From assembly GCF_006345805.1 (NCBI RefSeq), contig NC_043005.1, positions 44,826,001 to 44,890,000 of the forward strand: a DNA stretch of 64,000 bases. Direction: 5' to 3'. A program made the position numbers and the translations under genes. The notes under the pieces are model-generated. The model did no database searches. It worked only from the letters and a program-made list of their open reading frames with translations, and had not been told where the DNA came from. Of this stretch, positions 34,351 through 48,166 are shown in pieces (the first letter of the stretch is position 1; each line of letters begins with the position of its first letter). Origin of the DNA: Octopus sinensis. Its lineage: Eukaryota.

Positions 34351-34624
34351 ATATATATGTATGTATGTATATACATATTATTGATAGTGAATTCAAAGTT
34401 TTGGCAAGTCTGTCGATGACTTAACTGATCAAAGTCCCTGTCAATTATATTGTTGTTTAAGAATAAATTTGTACTCTACAGAAGTACAGAGAAACCCATC
34501 AGACTGGTGTAAAATTGCTTTTATCATAACTGAAGATACAAACAACCTTTAACAATATATATATATATCATCATCATCATCATCATCATCATCGTTTAAC
34601 GTCCGTTTTCCGCGCTAGCACGGG

Positions 34625-34661
<37 letters not shown>

Positions 34662-34745
34662 ATCCAAACAAGAAAACACAACAACGCAAGGATGTGGAAC
34701 AAGTATAGTATTATTGGACGCTCAGGAAAGATGGAAAGAAGGAGA

Positions 34746-34780
34746 GTTTAAGGTTTCGAGCGGAGCTCTTCGTCAGAAAC
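34746..34780 (-). ncRNA. Minimal hammerhead motif, one substitution at the cleavage triplet
   Basis: GUUU CUGACGA A GAGC ucc GCUC GAAAC CUU AAAC; GUU would restore the AACGUU palindrome. Confidence 0.6.
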
Positions 34781-36481
34781 ATAGCAAAAGGAAAGATCCA
34801 AAGAAGGGAAGACGGAGGAAAAAAATCGCCAACGGTACACACGCGGTCACATTTTGAATACATACATACATACAGTCTGTACTGATGAATATTCTCTTGG
34901 TTCTGCGTGTGTAAAGACTAAGTATAAAAGGATTCCACAACAAAATCCCAAACCAAAAATATAAAGAAAAAAGACAAAATAGAAAGCAAATTAAAAAGCA
35001 GAAAAATGCCTCCACAGAACTATTAAGGAAACCTAAGAAATATCTATATCTTTCTTCTCTGGTGAGAACAATTAGCCAAATTTCTTTCAGATTTATAATC
35101 TTTCATATTCTTTCTCTTTCATTTAAATATTTATATATTCTTGTCATTTTTCTTCTTTGCTATTTATTCTTTCTCATAAGTGTTCTTTTTCTCCATTTGT
35201 TTGTAGCTTTTTTCTTCTTTTTCTTCATTTTTCTCTCTCACTCTCTTTCCCACTTCTTTTCCGTTCTCTCTTTTTCCCTTCCATTTTACCCTTCCTTTCA
35301 TTTATTTTCTATACTTTATCCTCTTACATTTTCCTCCCTTTGAATTTTAATCCCTATTGTTCTTTCTTTCATTCACTATGAACATCCTTGCTTTCTCTCT
35401 TTTTCCTCCTCTTAATTTATCATCACCTAATTCTTCCCCCACCACCACCTCTCTCTTTCTCTATCATTTCACACTTTCATTCTATACCAGTTCTTCTTGT
35501 ATGATTTCTTAACATATTTCCATTCTTCTAAGAGGTTGAAATTGTTCAGAAACCAAGATATTTTTCAATTCCCATGATTTTTTTTTCTTTCTTAAAGATA
35601 TTTCACTATCATTTTCAAATATATTCTTAAAGATATTTCGTTATCAGTAGTTATTAATATAAAATAAATTTATTCAGTGAATCATATGGCTTTGTCATCA
35701 AGGGTTTTGTTTATTTTTAGATATATTCTGTTTTTTTTTTTTTTTGAAAATTATTGCTATTATATTTTGGCATTTTTGGAAGTATGATATAGTCATCTAA
35801 TGAAGTTTGGTTAATTAATTACTGGTTAGAATTTATAATTTTATTCTAGTTTAAGGATGGTAATTTAGCACATGTAGTCATGCAAATAACTTGATCAGAA
35901 GAACAAAAACTGTAGTATTGGTGGTGGTGATGGCAGTTGCAGCAATGGTGGTGATGGTGGTAGTGGTAGTAGAGGCTGTGAGAAGAAACAGCACAACTAT
36001 GAACCTGTGGTTTTAGTAAGCTTGTAAAGAGAGTCTTTGCCACTTGGCTAAATGGTCTTCTTTTAGATATAGGCTAGGACACTTATATGTTTTAAAACAA
36101 AAAAGAAAATAAGCAAAAAATTCCCCATTCTGTGCATTAGAGCACCATTCCAATTTATACTTAGGCTTCATGGATGTTCAGGATGTAGTCAAGACTGCTT
36201 AAGTACTTGTTAGTATTGTACAAGAAAGCTTGTCTTCAAGAATACAGTTATAGCAATACTGTATACATACATCAGGTTGCTATCAATTTTGTATTGTTCA
36301 CAGATGCAGGCATGGCTGTGTGGTAAGAAGCTTGCTTCCAAACCACATGGTTCCAAGTTCAGCTTCACTGCATATTACCTCAGGCAAATGTCTTCTACTG
36401 CAATAGTGTCAGGCTGACCAAAGTCTTGTGAGTGGATTTAGAAGGTGGAAATTGAAAGAAGCCCATGGTATATATATATAT

Positions 36482-36482
<1 letters not shown>

Positions 36483-36517
<35 letters not shown>

Positions 36518-36630
36518 GTTTAGCGTCTGCTTTCCATGCTAGCATGGGTTGGACGGTTCAACTGGGGTCTGGGAAGCCAGAAGGCTGCACCAGGCCCAGT
36601 CTGATCTAGCAATGGTTCTATGGCTGGATG
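36483..36630 (-). mobile_element. 5'-truncated RTE 3' tail copy
   Basis: (CAT)n then ttccatgctagcatgggttggacgg. Confidence 0.8.
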
Positions 36631-37595
36631 CTATATGACTAATTTATAGATGAACCACCATTCTACAACTCAGTCATTGAAGAACCTATCCAAAACCATA
36701 CTGTGAGACATATACTATACAATATACTAATCAAAAATATTAATAAAATATAATATTGAACAGTAAGATTATTACAATCATATAACATATAAGAGCAAAT
36801 ACTTTTAAAATCACCGTGAATACCATACAAAGAAACATTCATCATAGAAATATTAATCTAAAATCAAATAAAGTATAAATTGAACAATAAAAATTAATAC
36901 AATAATATAATGTATACTTGTACATCAACTACACATGTTTCATGGCTGCATTAGGACTATATAAAATCATATAAGCAAACCATATCCAAGTTCATTAGAA
37001 TGGGAAAATGATTTTACTCCCAAAAGCAGTCACTCCTCAGGTCAAATTCCTAAAAAAAACTAAAAACTAAAAGTTTAACTTACCTCATGATATGATAAGG
37101 AATAAAAAAAATAAGGAATATTTTTTTATTCCTTATCATATCATCACTAGTGTAGCTTCAGTAGGGGTGGTGTGCCCCAGGTGGTACTTTTGGGTCTGCT
37201 GTCGGCAATATGTGTTTATTGTGGGGTTCAGGGGGCAGAAAATGGAAGTGCCGTCCTAAGCAGTACACACTCTGGCTATGTTACTGCCACTCATTGCCTT
37301 TCAAACTGCTGTATGATATTGGCATTTGTTTTGTAAAACTATGGCAAGATTTGTAGTTAATATTTTAGTACTAAACTAGATACAATAAAACATCTGCCAG
37401 TTTCTCAATGTATTCTGAAAACTGGAACTTTCTTTGTTGTTAGTGCTAACTGAAAAAGAAAAAGATGCATTTTCAAAGAGGGTACAATCAATTATATCAA
37501 TCAACCTTGTTTTTGAGTGATAACTAGTTTATCAACACTGAAAGGATTGAAAGCGAAATTGACCTCAGCGGACTTTGAAATCAGAATCCAATGGT

Positions 37596-37955
37596 AACAG
37601 TGAGCTAGGGTAAAGAGCCCCTTCAGTCATGAATGACTACAGGATTGCACCTAGAAAGTTCCCTTCCAACGTACAAGTCCAGGCAAGGTTGTTTATGGAA
37701 GGCCAGGAGTCATCCATGCATACCAGCATCCACTTTCTACACCACTGATGTTATCCAAGGGAAAGGCAAAGGCCGATGCAGTTGCCACCAGTGATGTCAC
37801 AACTCATTTCTACAGCTGAGTGAACTGGAGCAATGTGAAATAAAGTGTCTTGCTGAAGAACCCAATATACAGCCTGGTCTGAGAACTGAACTCACTACCT
37901 CATGATTGTGAGCTCAATGCCTTAACCATTGAGACATGCACATTCACACAGTGAG
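37596..37955 (-). mobile_element. SINE family B
   Basis: Diverged reverse complement of 4561-4911. Confidence 0.75.
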
Positions 37956-38638
37956 CTACAGCAAGATATTTTGTTCTACACTGTGCTAAATCTGCCTGTT
38001 CACCATCCTTTATTAATAGTAACATTGATTTCTACCATAAGGCAGTAAGCTGGCTTAATGGTTAGCATACCAGACAAAATGCTCTGTAGAATTTCATTCA
38101 TCCTCATGTTCTAAGTTCAAATTTTGTCATGGTCAACTTTACCTTTCATTTGTTCGAGGTTGATAAAATAAGTACCAATTGAACACTGGGACCAATGTAA
38201 TTGACTTATTCCCTTCCCTGAAATTGCTGGCCTTGTACTAAAATTTGAAATCAATATTGATTTTTACCATAAGCATAAGATCAAACATTTTGGTAGGATG
38301 AGTAAAATTGAATATATTGACTCCATACTTGGCTGTTTCCATATTTTATTGACAACAGAAAGATGAAAGGCTAAGTTGACCTCAGTGGGATTTGAACTCA
38401 GAACATAAAGGAATGTAACTAAATACTGCAAGGCATTTTATCCAATGCTCTAATAATTCTGCCAATCCACATCCCTTGTTGATGCTAATATTAATTTCAC
38501 TTCCTGCAGGCAGTATGATTATAGAAGAATTCTTTTTGTGAAAGAAATAAATACAATAGGAAAAGCAGTGAAGCAGAGAGGAAAAAGCAATATATTTCTG
38601 TGATATCACAAAAGTCTGCTACCTCTATTCTTGTTGCT

Positions 38639-38670
<32 letters not shown>

Positions 38671-39324
38671 AGTTGTACTTCTTGCTGCTACCAATATAGC
38701 ATAGTTGTTACTAATACTATTTTTATTGATGTCGATATTGATTTTTCCATTTTTTTTTTTTACAAGAACATGAAGACCCAAATTTATCAGAGAATGACAT
38801 AGTTGATAAAGCGAACCCAAGTACATGACTGTTCATTATTTTATCAATGCTGAAGAGATGAAAAATCTATGTCAAAATTTGACAAGATTTGAACCTGGAA
38901 CATAGAGTGATGAAACTGAATAATGGTTTCTGGTTTAGGTACAATGCAAGCAATTTTGAGAGGAAGTGAAGTAGTTGTTCTCATTGACACTAGTATGTGA
39001 CCGGTACATCATTTTATTAACCCTGGAGAAGTGAAAGGCAAAGTTGACCTTAGAATATTTGAACTCAGAATGTAAGGAGCCAGAAATAGATGCCGCATGG
39101 CATTTTGTCTGATATTTTGACAATTCTTCTAACCCCATACCCTCATAAAAGTATAGCTACAAACTTGTTTCTAGTTCAAATATGCTTGTATACAAATCCC
39201 TGCTTAGCACTGTCACCCCATGTTTTATTTACAGCATAAAAATATATCATACGAACCACTTTGATTTACTTGACTGTTTTTACATTCTACCTTCATTGTT
39301 GTTGTTAGTAGCAGTGCTGGGATT

Positions 39325-39655
39325 GATAACTGGCACTCCATTGCTTACGACAATAATGGTTCCAGTTGATCCAATCAACAGAACAGCCTGCTCATGAAAT
39401 TAAAGTGCAAGTGGATGAGCATTCCACAGATACAGTTATCCTTTATGTAGTTCTCAGCAAGATTCAGTATGACACAGAATGTGACCAGACGAAGCTGGCC
39501 CTTTGAAATACAGATACAACCCATTTTTAGTAGCTGAGTGAACTGGAACAATGTGAAATAAAGTGTCTTACTCAAGGGCACAATGCACTGCTGTGAATTA
39601 AACTCATGACTTTATGATCATGATCCGAATACCCTAACCACAAAACTATATGCTC
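39325..39655 (-). mobile_element. tRNA-headed SINE family E
   Basis: Shares sequence with 54865-55165; tRNA-like head at the right end. Confidence 0.7.
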
Positions 39656-39662
39656 TTACAGT

Positions 39663-39896
39663 AAGGTGGCGAGATGGCAGAAACGTTAGCGTGCCGGGCG
39701 AAATGCTTAGCGGTATTTCGCCTGTCGTTACGTTGTGAGTTCAAATTCCGCTGAGGTCGACTTTGCCTTTCATCCTTTCGGGGTCGATAAATAAAGTACC
39801 AATTTCGCACTGGGGTCGATGTAATCGACTTAATCCCTTTGTCTGTCCTTGTTTGTCCCCTCTATGTTTAGCCCCTTGTAGGTAGTAAAGAAATAT
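39663..39896 (+). mobile_element. tRNA-headed SINE family D
   Basis: ggcgagatggcagaaacgttagc...gagttcaaattcc...ggggtcgatgtaatcgac; copies at 41315 and 62137, fragments at 38040, 43020, 52620 and 55330. Confidence 0.88.
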
Positions 39897-40438
39897 ATAT
39901 GCCCTTACAGTAATGGGATTATTGCTATGAAATTGTCTTCTACAAGTGGCTATGACAGAAATGTATTTCACCATCCCACGTCAGATATCACTGTCCTCAC
40001 AAACTTTGATAGATACTCAGTTTGATGTTGTGTGTCTTTGCCTGTAACATCATTGTAGTCAAGTGGTCTCTGTCCTCATTTAGACTTGAGAAATTTCAAA
40101 AATATAACATCCAATATCGCTTGGTGTCCAGCACAATAGCTCGAGCCAGCAAAGCCAACCCTGTGCTGAGCAACGATTGTAGAGATGGATGGAATGTATC
40201 CATCTGTCTCTTCTTCGGTTTTGTGCTCATGACAAAATATTTTGAGTTCTCATAAGGAGTTGATCTGTTTTTGCAGTAAAAAAATGACTGAGTACTTTAC
40301 CATCAATGAAGATGAAAGCCACTTGCCAACTGGTTTCAATGACGGCACACAACTTATGGAGTTTAGTAACTTCAAGTGCCTTTGGTCCTGTGATTCTCAC
40401 AGTAAACATGACTTTCTGACATGTGAGGAATGACTACA

Positions 40439-40648
40439 GGTAAGTTCACCATCATCAGTTGACTGCAGGGAAAGTTCACCTCCATCAATTCTCTGTGAAG
40501 AAAGTTCACTATGAGGAAAGTTTACTGAGAAAGTATATCCATAGTATCTCACCATTAATAGTTAGAAATTATTTTATTAAAAAAAAAATAACAGTGAATT
40601 GATGATGGTGAACTTTCCCTATGGTGAATTGATGACAGTGAACTTACC
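40439..40648. mobile_element. Small MITE (Mutator-like subterminal repeats)
   Basis: TIR ggtaagttcac / gtgaacttacc with internal aaagttcac and ggtgaa repeats. Confidence 0.6.
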
Positions 40649-40924
40649 AGACATGGTAAAGAACAAGTCCAGAATATTTGTAGTAATTTTCAATTCATCT
40701 AGAAATCAAGTATCTTGAAGTCAGAAGAGTGGCCTTCTGAGGGAAGCCAAAATCTCAATATTGAAAAAGAAACTTCAAGATTGCTTTGCTGATAAACTCT
40801 AAGCTCCTCTTGAAGACTCTAAATAATGAAATATACAAGTCTCAATTTATATCAGTTTCCAACTAGGGTGTTACAACAATATAAGGTATAGTAAATATAA
40901 AATAAAGGTATTAAAAACAAGGTA

Positions 40925-41175
40925 AAGTTATCTTCTCAAGTCATATCGACTCATAAAAGACAGTTTCCTGGTTTCATGGCATATATATTCCCCCACCTGG
41001 ATGGGATGCTGGTCCATAACAGGATTACTCATTTTTGCCAGCTGAGTAGACTGGAGCAATGTGAAATTAAATGTTTTGCTTAAGAATATAATGCATCACT
41101 GGGTCTAGGAATTGAAACCACAATCTTATAATCATGAATCCAACACCCTAACCACTAAGCCATGCACCTCCACTA
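40925..41175 (-). mobile_element. SINE family C
   Basis: Reverse complement of 5263-5520. Confidence 0.75.
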
Positions 41176-41314
41176 ATTAAAGGTATTGCAGAGTTTTCAA
41201 TTTAAATAATACAACTGAGGAAAAATTAACAAAGTTTGAATTCTAAAATTGGAAGTGTGTGGAGAGAATGAGGGAACACACTTTGAGTATAGCAAGTGTT
41301 CCATTGCAGCTTAT

Positions 41315-41548
41315 AGGGTGGCGAACTGGGAGAATCGTTAGGATGCCGGGCGAAATGCTTAGCAGTATTTCGTCTGCCATTACGTTCTGGGTTCAAACTC
41401 CGCCGAGGTTGACTTTGCCTTTCATCTTTTCGGAGTCGATTAAATAAGTACCAGTTACACATTGGGTCAATGTAATCGACTTAATCCCTTTGTCTGTCCT
41501 TGTTTGTCCCCTCTACGTTTAGTCCCTGTGGGTAATAAAGAAACATAT
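41315..41548 (+). mobile_element. SINE family D
   Basis: Matches 39663-39896. Confidence 0.85.
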
Positions 41549-41599
41549 ATTTTCTCTATTGAAATAAAATGAGGGTATTACATGACTGATCATAGGGAG

Positions 41600-41855
41600 A
41601 TAAAAATAAGTTTCCATCTCAAATTATACTGACTCATAAGGGCTGGTTTCCTGGTTTCCATGGCGCATATATTCCCCACCTGGATGGGACTCCAGTCCAT
41701 CACAAGATTATTCATTTTTGCCAGCTTAATGGACTGGAGCAATGTGAAATGAGTGTTTTGCTCAAGAACACATGTCACCTGTTCTAAGAATTGAAACTAC
41801 AATCTTATCTTCATGAGTTCAACACTCTAACCACTAAGCCATGTGCCTCCACCAT
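41600..41855 (-). mobile_element. SINE family C
   Basis: Matches 40925-41175. Confidence 0.75.
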
Positions 41856-42299
41856 AGGGAGATAGGGTGTGGAGGTCACAGAAACTGTAGAAACTATTGC
41901 TCTATGGGTTTGTAACTGTGAGATTATATCAATTTATGAAAAAATCAATATTGGGCACAGTTCTTGCAAGAAAGATGATAATATAGAAATTCTTTAGTAA
42001 AGAAAAATATATCTGAAAATTTATGTTATCATAGGATGTGTTGTTGCTGTAACTTTTACTGTTGTATTTTTCATTTCTTTTTCTTTTTATTTTTACTGCA
42101 AAGTTAGCAGAGTAAGTTTCAGCACCCACAACTGTTTCTAAAGCCTCCAAGATTGGTGGAAGAAATAGGAGACATTATCCTTAATCTAGAGACTTAGCAC
42201 AAAGGTTTCAACTGAAGAGACTCTATTAAAAGCAGCAAACTAATTTTATTTTTAGTTTTTTAGTAACAGTTCTTATTTCACTGGTCAACAAAAAATTTA

Positions 42300-42990
42300 T
42301 GAAATGGTGTCGAAACACCAAACATCTTTTTATAGCTAATTTGAGGGCACTGAATCTGAAAATGACCTTACTTTTTCTTGGTTAGCTACCGTTTTTGCTG
42401 TACAGAAATACCTCATTTGGGGGAGGAAAAAAGCATTTTTTTCATTTGTTTTCTGTATATTTGATATTGATCGATGGCAATATTTCTCAAAGTAAAATCA
42501 TAGAAACCTCTTAATTCGTATTTAAACCAACAAATATTGGTTTGCTTATTGAGAAATACTATTTTTGCAATAAAAATCAAACCCTAAGTTTTTAAAAATA
42601 GCATGATTGAATATTCCAAGACCAACAAGTATTTTCATAAAATCATTAAATAAAATAACAGCAGAAATAAAACTTTCGTGAACATAAGATCTATGGTAAA
42701 AATTTTCTCCTTCTTGATTGTCTGTCATGTTCAATGTTATTTAAGTCCCTTTTGATACTCCAACAGTAGTCAGCCATCATTCGTTTGTCCCACCATCCCT
42801 GGTAGCGCTCTTCCATTTTTTTTGATATTCTGATGGAATCATTCTCCTTGCTCATCACTCACATCGCAATTATCCAGAAATTTATCTAGATGGCTAAGGA
42901 AAAAAAATGAACCTTAATACTCATATTAGCACCTATGTCCTGTAAACTTTCCAACAGCTTTTCCACTAACTCCTTGTAGTTTTCAGCCCA
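42300..42990 (-). mobile_element. Decayed DNA transposon 3' part, Chapaev/CMC-like
   Basis: AENYKELVEKLLESLQDIGANMSIKVHF..SHLDKFLDNCDVSDEQGE*FHQNIKK/MEERYQGWWDKRMMADYCWSIKRD; the family label is from recall. Confidence 0.65.
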
Positions 42991-43600
42991 TTTCACAACA
43001 CTTTGTAGAATTTTATCCATCCTTGCAGTCTGAGTTCAAATTCCACCAAGACTGACTTTGCCTTCCATTCTTTCGGGGTAGATAAAATCAAGTACCAGTT
43101 CAGCACTGAGGTCCATGAAATCAACTTACCCTTCCCCTGACATTGCAGACCTTGTTCCAAAATTTGAAATCATTGTGAATGTTATGTTATTGAAGTTATT
43201 TTTTTAACGTTGTTATTATTGAATAGACCCCATTAGTTGTGCATGACCAAACTTTGGCATGGAAATAGCTTTTTGATTGAGTCATCAATGCTGATAATTG
43301 TGGTTCTCTTAGTTGTAACCTTCATAGCGTTACTGGAGTTGAGGTTGTATCACTGTAAGATCTAGGATCTTAAACATGCACTCTTTATAATAAAGTAGAT
43401 ACATTTTTTAAGTTAGATTCCCATTCCTAAATTGTGTTAATTAAGCAATGCAGTTGTTGATGCAGTCCTAAATCGGTTCTGGGAAAAAATGAAGTAAACC
43501 TATGATCATAGTCTGTTTATGTATCTGGGACTACATCATCTAAAATGTCCTTTCTTTATAAGATAATAGGCTGTGATATTTTAGTGGTGTCTGACTATAA

Positions 43601-43915
43601 AGGCACATGGCTCAATGGTTAGAGCATCAGGCTCACAATCATGACGTAGTGTGTTCAATTCCAGACTGGGTTGTGTGTTGTGTTTTTGAGCAAGGCACTA
43701 TTTTCATGTTGCTCCAGTTCACTCATCTGTAGAAATGAGTTGCAGCATCACTGGTGCCAAGCTGTATCAGCTTTTACCTTTCCCTGGGATAACATTGTTG
43801 GTGTGGAGAGGGAAGGCTGGTATGCATGAGTGACTGTTGGTCTTCCATAAAAACAACCTTGCCTGGACTTGTGCCTTGGAGGGGAACTTTCTGGGTGCAA
43901 ATCCGATGGTGACTG
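43601..43915 (+). mobile_element. SINE family B
   Basis: Matches 4561-4911. Confidence 0.82.
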
Positions 43916-44950
43916 TTATTTTAGCAGATTGAGTGGCTTGGCAGAAGTTCCCTCATTGCTTCATATTTCGTCATTAGTTTGGATTTCTGTTGTTTTTGTT
44001 GCTGTTTTTTATCATGGATATGATATTACTCTGTAAATTTTGTAATATTGCTACTAATGTTGTCAAAGTTTTTATAATAGTATCATCAAAGATTACTTAC
44101 AAATTGGTATTGTTTGTTTTTCTCATCTATATTAAAAGTTTCATTCAAATTTACTGGGTTTTTTTTTTTTTTGGTAATATGCTTTTAACCCCTTGCAACC
44201 TTATTAACTCAACCAACTTGAGTAGTCTCATTTACCAATAACATGGCAGCAGCAGCAGCAGCAGCCATTCAAGAATTTTGTCCTGAAGATCTCCATTTCC
44301 AGTGACTTCGAGGGCCACCTCCCAGTGGTGTCTAGCATCAACGAAGAGCCCTCGATTACAACAAGATGACCAAAGTTTTTTTTCTTTGTTAAAGTCTGGG
44401 GTCTCCCGCCCCTAAGCCCTAGACCATCACCTAATCACCTTTACCCGTCTAGTTGCTTAACAACAACAACAACAACAACAACAACAGCAGCAGCAAGCTA
44501 TAAATTTTGACCACCAGATATAGTGCGTATATCTAATATATCACTAAGGTTTGTGCTTACACAATTAACTTTCTGCAGCTAAGTTTACCTATTACATAGT
44601 AGGTAACACTTAGATCTCTTTCTGTTGAGGTCACACAGAGAGACTGGTGAGCAGTTTGTGGGTTGGCAGTGCTATGTTGAGTTTCTGTAATGAGGAATAT
44701 TATGTGTAACATTCTGATGATGTCCTCTCAGGAAATATTTATCTCCTGATTGGACATCATGAAAGAGAGGCAAGCAACAGCAAAGTGGACTACAGAAGTT
44801 AGTGAGTTTATCTGAACATTGATGACTCTTTTTTGCTATTTGAGAAATAATTTCCTTGTGAAGGAAATATTGAAGTATAGTTTCAAAAACGGAAATTTAA
44901 AATTTAGAAGCTTTTATTCTACCCAGTGTATACAAAGTGAGTATCTATGG

Positions 44951-44992
<42 letters not shown>

Positions 44993-45003
44993 ACACGCGC
45001 GCG

Positions 45004-45044
<41 letters not shown>

Positions 45045-46789
45045 CTCTCTGTCTCTAATTCTTTTTCAATTAATTTTACACAATCTGCTACAATGCCAAA
45101 TCTTATATGACTGACAATTTTTTTTTCTCCAAGAGTAGCTACTTATCATAGAAAGTATGAAGCCAATAAATTAAAATCTGAATTTCTTTAGTTTCTATCA
45201 ACCACAGAATTCTTCTTTATGATTTTACTGATTCACCTTTAAGTGGAATTTTGTTTAAAATATTGAATTCAACTGTTAGAACCTAGATAAGATTTAAATG
45301 ATCAGTCAGAGGAAACTAAGCAACTGGTCTGTTCCAAGTGCATATTTGTTTGTAGTTCAAGAATTTAATCTGTTAGTCATATATATATATATGTCTGATA
45401 ACTAGAAAATCCCAGAATACATTGTTTAATAAAATTCTGTTGGTAATATTTAGCTTCTTGAATAAAAGATTTTCCTTCACTCTAATTTCTCCCCTGTTCC
45501 CATAATATGTGTAGTCATCTTCATAGCAATTAATCTCTGGCTCTTTTAATATTCTGGTGCCTTTAAAGCAAAGTTCTTGTCAAACAAGTGAACTATAAAA
45601 GAAGTACTGAAGTGTCCCCATTTTAAAGTCACTCAACATTGCCAATATATTGATTAAAACTGCATCAAAGAACCACTTCATAAATGATTTTACAAACTTC
45701 CTTTCATAAAATAACATTCAAAAGAGAAATATTGAAATAGACTTTAAAAAAATACTTCCTGAACATAAGATCACACGAGCTGGAGAAAATAGTGAACTTT
45801 ATATCAATGATGGTTCGCTGTATACAGATAACGATAATTAAAACAATTATCTCATTTAAATCCACTACTTAATTATTAGAAGAATATTCTTGAGTAATTA
45901 CATTTATATATTGTCAGTTCTCAGTTTTTCTGGTTAATAACATAAAATTGACATAACTTTGCAATTAAAAGTTGTATTTTTCAGTTGGGAAATATGCATA
46001 TTATGGACAGGGTATCAAACCTTTTCAGAAAATTAACCACAAAGTATAAATAAAATTATACTGAATAAAATTGTTAACAAGAGTAAATACATTGTAGGTT
46101 GTGATCCTATTCAGCTGCAGATATTTGAAATGAAAACAAACTTTTATAATTTATTATTGCAATTAAGAGGGAAATTCGTTATATCGATTGGTATTAAATT
46201 AGAAAGAGAGAAACTAAATTTTACAAAAAAAAAAAAAAAGAAGTGGGCTTTGTATATCTACTAGATATCATGTATTGATCCAAATAATTGATCACAATGC
46301 TTACAATGCTTATTTGATGAATTACATATATTTGTATCTTATCTATATTATCTTTTTTTTTTTCAAAAGTATGAAATAGAGAAAAGAAATTCAGCTTATT
46401 TAGGATTGCAAGACTAACAGTAAAAGAACCCCACCAAAAGATCCATTTAAAAGATAATTACATTTTAAGATATTAAATGAGAATGTCTACAAATATACTC
46501 AAGTTTGAAATAAAAAGTTGGTAAAATCTTTAAAAAAAAATAAGGATTTGAGAAAGAAATATATGCGAAGAAATAGATTCAGATAGATAAAATATAAAAT
46601 ATATAATTACATAAATTGTATAAGTAGGGCACTAATTTATACATTGACATATACAGACATACAAAAAAGAGCATATAATACTTCATAAAAACAGATGTAT
46701 ATATATATATATATATATATAGACATCACATTAGTGATTTTAGGTTGTTTAATTGTAAATAACCCACCCATACTATTTACATACATATA

Positions 46790-46819
<30 letters not shown>

Positions 46820-46826
<7 letters not shown>

Positions 46827-47545
46827 AAAGGGCTTAGTAAAATAAATTACTTTGCCGCATACTGAACTCATTAGAAATAGCAGCCAAAAAACTTTTTTAA
46901 AGCTATTTCTAATACTTAAAGAAAATCTCTCTCATATATAGTGTTTGCTTAATTCAACTCACAAAAGTTTGGGGTAAGGACATCGAAAAATCAAATGCTA
47001 AGGTTATTCGAGAACGTACGTTTCAAGATTAGTCAAAACAACATTTCTATCATCGGCTCAGAAATTCCTTGGTTTGGATTTGGAAACACTGAAAATAAGA
47101 ACATACCCTTTCGAAGATCTGCTCCCAACTAACAGTGCCAACAAATTCAAATAAGCAAGCGAAGAATCTCTGTTCTCCCCTTTCCACCAGCGTGGGTTAA
47201 AATCATCAAACACTATGCTTATTTCGGTAAAATCCGAAGCATTAATCAGAGGGAGATTAATTATAATTTCAACAATTGAGGGCAAAATTAAATTAAAACT
47301 TTTGTGAGTTGAATTAAGCAAACACTATATATGAGAGAGATTTTCTTTAAGTATTAGAAATAGCTTTAAAAAAGTTTTTTGGCTGCTATTTCTAATGAGT
47401 TCAGTATGCGGCAAAGTAATTTATTTTACTAAGCCCTTTTATATAATGTAATAATTTGAATTCGCCTTGAATGGTCCCTTTGCATACTGAACACTTGGTG
47501 AAATTGATTAATAATTAATTAATTTTGCCCTCAATTGTTGAAATT

Positions 47546-47548
<3 letters not shown>
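46820..47548. repeat. Compound inverted repeat of Penelope-like termini
   Basis: 151-bp arms at 46820-46970 and 47296-47446; a second IR pair at ~47259-47294 and ~47514-47548. Confidence 0.88.
47010..47059 (-). ncRNA. Degenerate hammerhead motif (CCGAUGA core)
   Basis: GAG CCGAUGA U AGA ... UCU U GAAAC guac GUU CUC; AACGUACGUU is palindromic. Confidence 0.5.
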
Positions 47549-47579
<31 letters not shown>

Positions 47580-48166
47580 ATATACATATGTATATATACA
47601 TACACATATATATATATTTGTATATGAGTTTATATGTTACTATGCATGTATATCTGGAACAGGAGGGTTGCATGTACTTATAAAATATATCCAACTATGT
47701 GTCTGCATATATGCATATATTTATCTGAGCACTGGTTAAATTGTTTATGTTGGAATATATTTTTTGTACTTCAGTATTCAAATATTTGTATAATTGTCAG
47801 TTTCATATGTGTATATATATTTAGTACAAAAAAAAAAGCAGAATGGCTCAAGCGCCAAGAGTTTCATATGTTAGCTCTAATAAAGCTTAATAAAACACAA
47901 AAACACACACACACACACACACACACACATAATGTATGTATGTACGAATATACCTATCACCATCATCGTCATCAGTCAGCAACCATTTTCCATTATGGCT
48001 TGAGTTCGATGGTTAGATTGGAATTGGCAAGCTGGAGAGCTGTAGTAGGCTTCGGTCTATTTTGGTTTGGTTTCTATGACTGGATATCCTTCCTAAAGCC
48101 AACCACTTCACAGAGTGTACTAGGCACCTTTAACATGTCACTGGCATGGGCGTCTATATATATATA

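Noticed and set aside
39930-40435. Possible host exon or MULE fragment
   Set aside because: No convincing splice sites or domain motif; only short ORFs.
44714-44764. CUGAUGA followed by a hairpin and GAAA
   Set aside because: The pairing swallows the core (AUGAUGUCC/GGACAUCAU), and there is no stem III or NUH; it is only a hairpin.
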